From: Strigamia acuminata
Lineage: Eukaryota
Assembly (NCBI GenBank): GCA_949358305.1
Contig: OX442314.1
Coordinates: forward strand, 28,334,001-28,398,000
Direction of reading: 5' to 3'
Length of the DNA stretch: 64,000 nt
The notes beneath the pieces were generated by a model, which worked only from the letters and a program-made list of their open reading frames with translations, did no database searches and was not told the origin of the DNA. Below are positions 60,101 to 64,000 of the stretch, in pieces. Position 1 is the first letter of the stretch, and every line of letters starts with the position of its first letter. The position numbers were made by a program, and so were the translations under genes.

Positions 60101-62665
60101 ATGACCAAATGCATTTGCTTAGTAGTTTTCTTTTTTATGCTCGCTTTAAGTTGAGCAGGTCTGATGTATTTAGACAAATTGAGAAGAAACATTTGAGCAA
60201 TTTCAATCAAAGACAGAAGAGAAAATCCCAAAGAAAATCCCAAATTGCCCCCAAAATCAATCAATAAGTTTGGAATGGTGTAAATGTAGGTTTCTGTCAT
60301 TCTGACAAACAATTCTTCCAATACTTTTAGATTGAGACTTATTAGATCTTTGCCATTTGGTTCATATTGAAAATCTAACTTAAAACATGATAATTTTGTA
60401 AATTATGCATAAAAATAGAAGATATTATAGTTTAACTTGTATCAGAATAGAATATAAACAAATAAACATTCCGTTCACAAGGTCTAAAGCAACCACATTC
60501 GAACGATGGCAGTGTAGTCGTTTCATGGAAAAATGCTTCCTCATACATTTCAGCCACAATTGATTTGTTTGACGCTAAACTGCAATCCATTAAAGTTTTG
60601 TTGGACATAAAAGGCAACCTGGTAAGTAAAACATATATGAGTTTATCAATATTTGATGTTGCATGCAATTAGACCTGCATCGTTGAGGAGTTTTTTTCCT
60701 CACACAATCTTCGTAGCATTGGGTTTCCTTTTTCTTATCCGGTTCACAATAGGGATATCTCGAAGCTAAAAATTGATACTATAAAAACAAATGCAGCATT
60801 ACTATTGTTGGTGATCCATCACAATAAACAAGATTGAAAAACTGATATCTAATATATTCAAACGTATAGACTTTTGTAATGCACTACAAATTTCACCTAT
60901 TATACAACAGATTAATTGAGCTTACACTTCGAATAAAAAATTGCATATCAGATTCAATTCCTGACGCCACCGTAAACGTATATTGGTAAGACATGACGCC
61001 AACTACCGCTGTCATCTAATATTCAAGTGTGTCAAAATAAAAGTCTACGTTACAAACTCCAATAAAATAATAAAAGATGAGATTCTTACCGTAATCTGTG
61101 GGTTGACACAGTTGGTTCTATTCGTTTTAAAGAGCAAGTGTAATCTCATGTTTAGCGCTAATTTTCGATCTATAGATTTAGCCAATAATACTAAAGGTTC
61201 AAAATTATTTTACTTTGTTTTTATTTCTAACCAGAAGTTAAGACCAAAGATCGTCCAATTACATCATTTCGATAGCTTAGTGAAATGTTTGTGTTATCAT
61301 TTCTACTTGTAGAAATTCCTTCTTTAATTGTTGTTTCATGCAATACAGTTTTTCCCTGAAATGTTACACGATTATAGATGTAATTCAGCACATTACTGTA
61401 TACGTATAGAATGCACACTACACATACTGTACATTTGACGCCGATAATCAAGTAGAGGGCACCTGTACCGAGATACAATCTGCGTTTGGTTTTTATGTTA
61501 CATGTCCCTTTATTAAAATGCTTTCGCCAAATGTATGGACATAAACAGACCAATGGCCCAGAGATAAGCCCTATCCTACGATGGGGTGATCCTACCCAGT
61601 AAGGAAGAGGAGAGGGTTGAGTAGTGCAGTTGTGGGAGTCCAGTTGTGGACAAGAGCAGGGGTGAAAATAATTTTAATTCCCCATACTATAAAAAATTAA
61701 GGCACCATGTCCATGAATTTACTGTCATTTACTGTCATGTCCATGAATAAAATTGAACAATTCCGGTCCTACTAACTAAATGTTTTTTAATAATTTTTAC
61801 AACTGTCTGAATACTTAAGATTACAACTGTAGGATGCTAGGTTTCAGCATCACAGTGACCAATTCCCTGGCATTCCATCTTTGCCCAGAAGATGGAATAA
61901 TTCAGACAGTGCTCATGATTTAGTGTCTAACTTCTTGTTTTACACAAGAAAAGTCATTTGTTGCTACTCTTTAACAGAGAATCAACTCTTTATTGTTTAT
62001 TTTCCTGGCCAACCGTTGCTAAGAAAAAAATATGAAAGCTGCATGAGTGATTGTATTGGTAGCAACACAACCCAACTTATATAATTAAAAACTAACAATT
62101 TCATGTGGTCACAATACATAATATCAACATAATATCCCATCCAGTATTGCGAAATAATAGAATTAAATACCTGTCTTATCTTGACGTGCTGTAAATTGCT
62201 TGAAATGTTGCTTTTTAACCAAAAATCTGTATAATTTTCAATTTTCACAGCTGCATAAATCATGCATCTCACTGGCAAAATACATTCATGTAATCTTTCG
62301 AGGTTGCCTTGCACTGAAGAAACTTCTGGCATTTTTTCCCAGTATTCGGATAAAGATCCGGTATCGAGACTAAAGTACCTAAATTCTGAGTATGTCATTT
62401 CACCTATTGGAACATATTCAATTTCAACCTTGAAATGTCCTTCAAAGTAGAATTGGATTCTTTCTATTGTCTGGTAACAACAAATGGTGCCACAAACGAT
62501 CAAAACAACGAACCAAACTGCCCGGACTAAACTTCTCTTTTCTTTGTTGAAAATATTATCAATAAACTTCAAACTATCATTGCCTGACAGTGAAGTTTGC
62601 ATTTCCTGCCGTACAAAACGACGAATATGACTTCGACGAAGCCTAAGAGCTTTCACCGCAGTCAT
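57162..62665 (-). CDS. Double-domain DEG/ENaC (pickpocket/ASIC-like) channel gene, copy D; 13 exons, about 836 aa, apparently intact
   Basis: Hand-built GT-AG exons: 62665-62171, 61355-61232, 61169-61090, 61015-60926, 60778-60675, 60618-60437, 60374-59698, 59084-59009, 58942-58854, 58236-58135, 58082-57976, 57625-57265, 57185-57162 (2511 nt, all phases compatible, no internal stop). Domain 1: TM1 RAVWFVVLIVCGTICCYQTIERIQFYF, Cys-rich thumb YCEPD..QCYEDC..RCRLPF..DC..ECGCFRPCE, TM2 LLIDFGGNLGFSLGFSLLSLIEI. Domain 2: TM1 followed by ERIALY.EPT..LYLPNLIAC, GTCFQ, PCLD..QCQEDC..RCKLPF..DCGCHPPCEE, TM2 LCCDIGNSFALMLGLSILAIPEL. Confidence 0.85.
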
Positions 62666-63039
62666 TTTGCATCAAATTCTACCGTGGTAATGACATAGCT
62701 TCGACAGCTAGCTTAACTCGTGTCTCCGCAAAAAATCCAATTTTTAATTAAAATTTACAATTTGTATATGAAAATCCAGTATCGAAACGCCACTCCCTAA
62801 GTGCGAGTCAGGAAAGAAAATTCAATAAATTTAAATTAATTTCAGCGAGAGTATACCGATATGTAATTTAGGTATGTAATTTATGTAAATTATAGTGCAG
62901 CAAGTTATGAAAATAAATTGAAAAAATTATTGAGTTTCTGTCTCCGCAAGAAATACAATTTTTAATTAAAATTTATAATTTTATATGAAAATTCGAGAAT
63001 GGGTTGCTGTAGCGACGCAAGATAGCGATGCAAGATAAC

Positions 63040-63700
63040 GACTGTCCTGGGCCTAGCCCTCGACCCTCACCTGACCTTCGCTTTACACATTCTGAACCTA
63101 ACTACATTTTTAGCCAGGACCGTTTATATTGTCACTCTCATCCGCAAAGTCCTGTCCAAGCTCGAATTGACATCTTACATTAAATCCAAAGTCCACCCCG
63201 CTATCTCCTATGCTTTCCCTGTCTGGAACTCAACACCCCGCCGCTTCTTGATCCCCCTCCAGTCGGCTTACTACCGAATCCTCCGTGCCTCTTATAAAAT
63301 CCCACCTAGATCCCGTCTCACTCTTTACTGCAACACCCATAAACTCCTGACCCTCTCCAACTTGCTGCGGCTTAATGACCTATCGTCCCTCGCCGATGCC
63401 ATTAGGGACCCTGGACACCCCGCGCCACTCATTCGAGATTAACACCCGTGTCTCCACTTACCGATCCAGAACATTCCCTTATCGCTGTACGAAGATGTGG
63501 AATCATCTCCCGATGGACATCCGTGCTGCCATGCTCGATTGCCCAGCCTTCAATTGTCGCTTCCACTGCTGCCACTTTCATCGCCGCCTAAAAAATTTCC
63601 TGTTGCTCACTCAATGTAATAATTAATCACTCGCTGTCACTCAGCATCACACTGTATTTACTCCCCAGGAGTGCTTGAAAATAAACTAAACTAAACTAAA
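63040..63700 (+). mobile_element. 5'-truncated LINE (CR1/L2-like) 3' end
   Basis: RT C-terminal motifs LGLALDPHLTF..HI, YIKSKVHPAISYAFPVW, SRTFPYRCTKMWNHLP. Tail AATAAA followed by (CTAAA)3. Confidence 0.8.
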
Positions 63701-64000
63701 AGATACACTTTAGCGACGCCTGACGACGCTAAAGTGACCCCCCCCCCAAACAAAAATGAGTTTTGGCAAGAGCACATCGAGTCTGATTTGCATTTTACAT
63801 GTCACAACATTAGTTTCAGGTTTGTTTTATGGTTAGTCCCAGCAGCAGTACATGCAGGGCTTCATTCAAGCCCAGGCCCAACTGATGGTTGCTGCCAACG
63901 CCAATGCCAACGCCATCATCCAACCAGTACAACCTGCGCCGAGTAATCCGCCCAGGCCTCCGCCCAGGCCCCCTCCGAAGGCTACCTGTCGCTAAAACAT

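Noticed and set aside
61706..61768. Possible in-frame 63-nt cassette exon (DRNCSILFMDM..) in intron 1
   Set aside because: Not needed for the frame, weak donor that is lost in copy C. Needs RNA-seq to reconsider.

Overview
AT-rich animal (probably arthropod) genomic DNA, heavily invaded by transposons. The host content is a tandem array of four minus-strand paralogous genes (A 5327-10951, B 21455-34144, C 38227-52120, D 57162-62665). By hand-splicing, each has 13 exons and encodes about 836 aa containing TWO complete DEG/ENaC (pickpocket/ASIC-like) subunits fused head-to-tail in one polypeptide. Five consecutive intron phases are identical in the two halves. B, C and D look intact, with all their transposon insertions in introns; A is a pseudogene. 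A 7.26-kb intact Ty1/copia element with apparently identical LTRs sits in an intron of copy C and carries a methyl-CpG-binding domain between integrase and reverse transcriptase (CopiaMBD type). A second, protease-deleted copia has a 30-nt primer-binding site matching nt 10-39 of initiator tRNA-Met, and its 5' LTR is split by nested DNA transposons. Also present: a decayed Gypsy element, several solo LTRs, Tc1 remnants, many MITEs and a LINE 3' fragment. All splice models and family calls were made by eye and have not been checked by database search.
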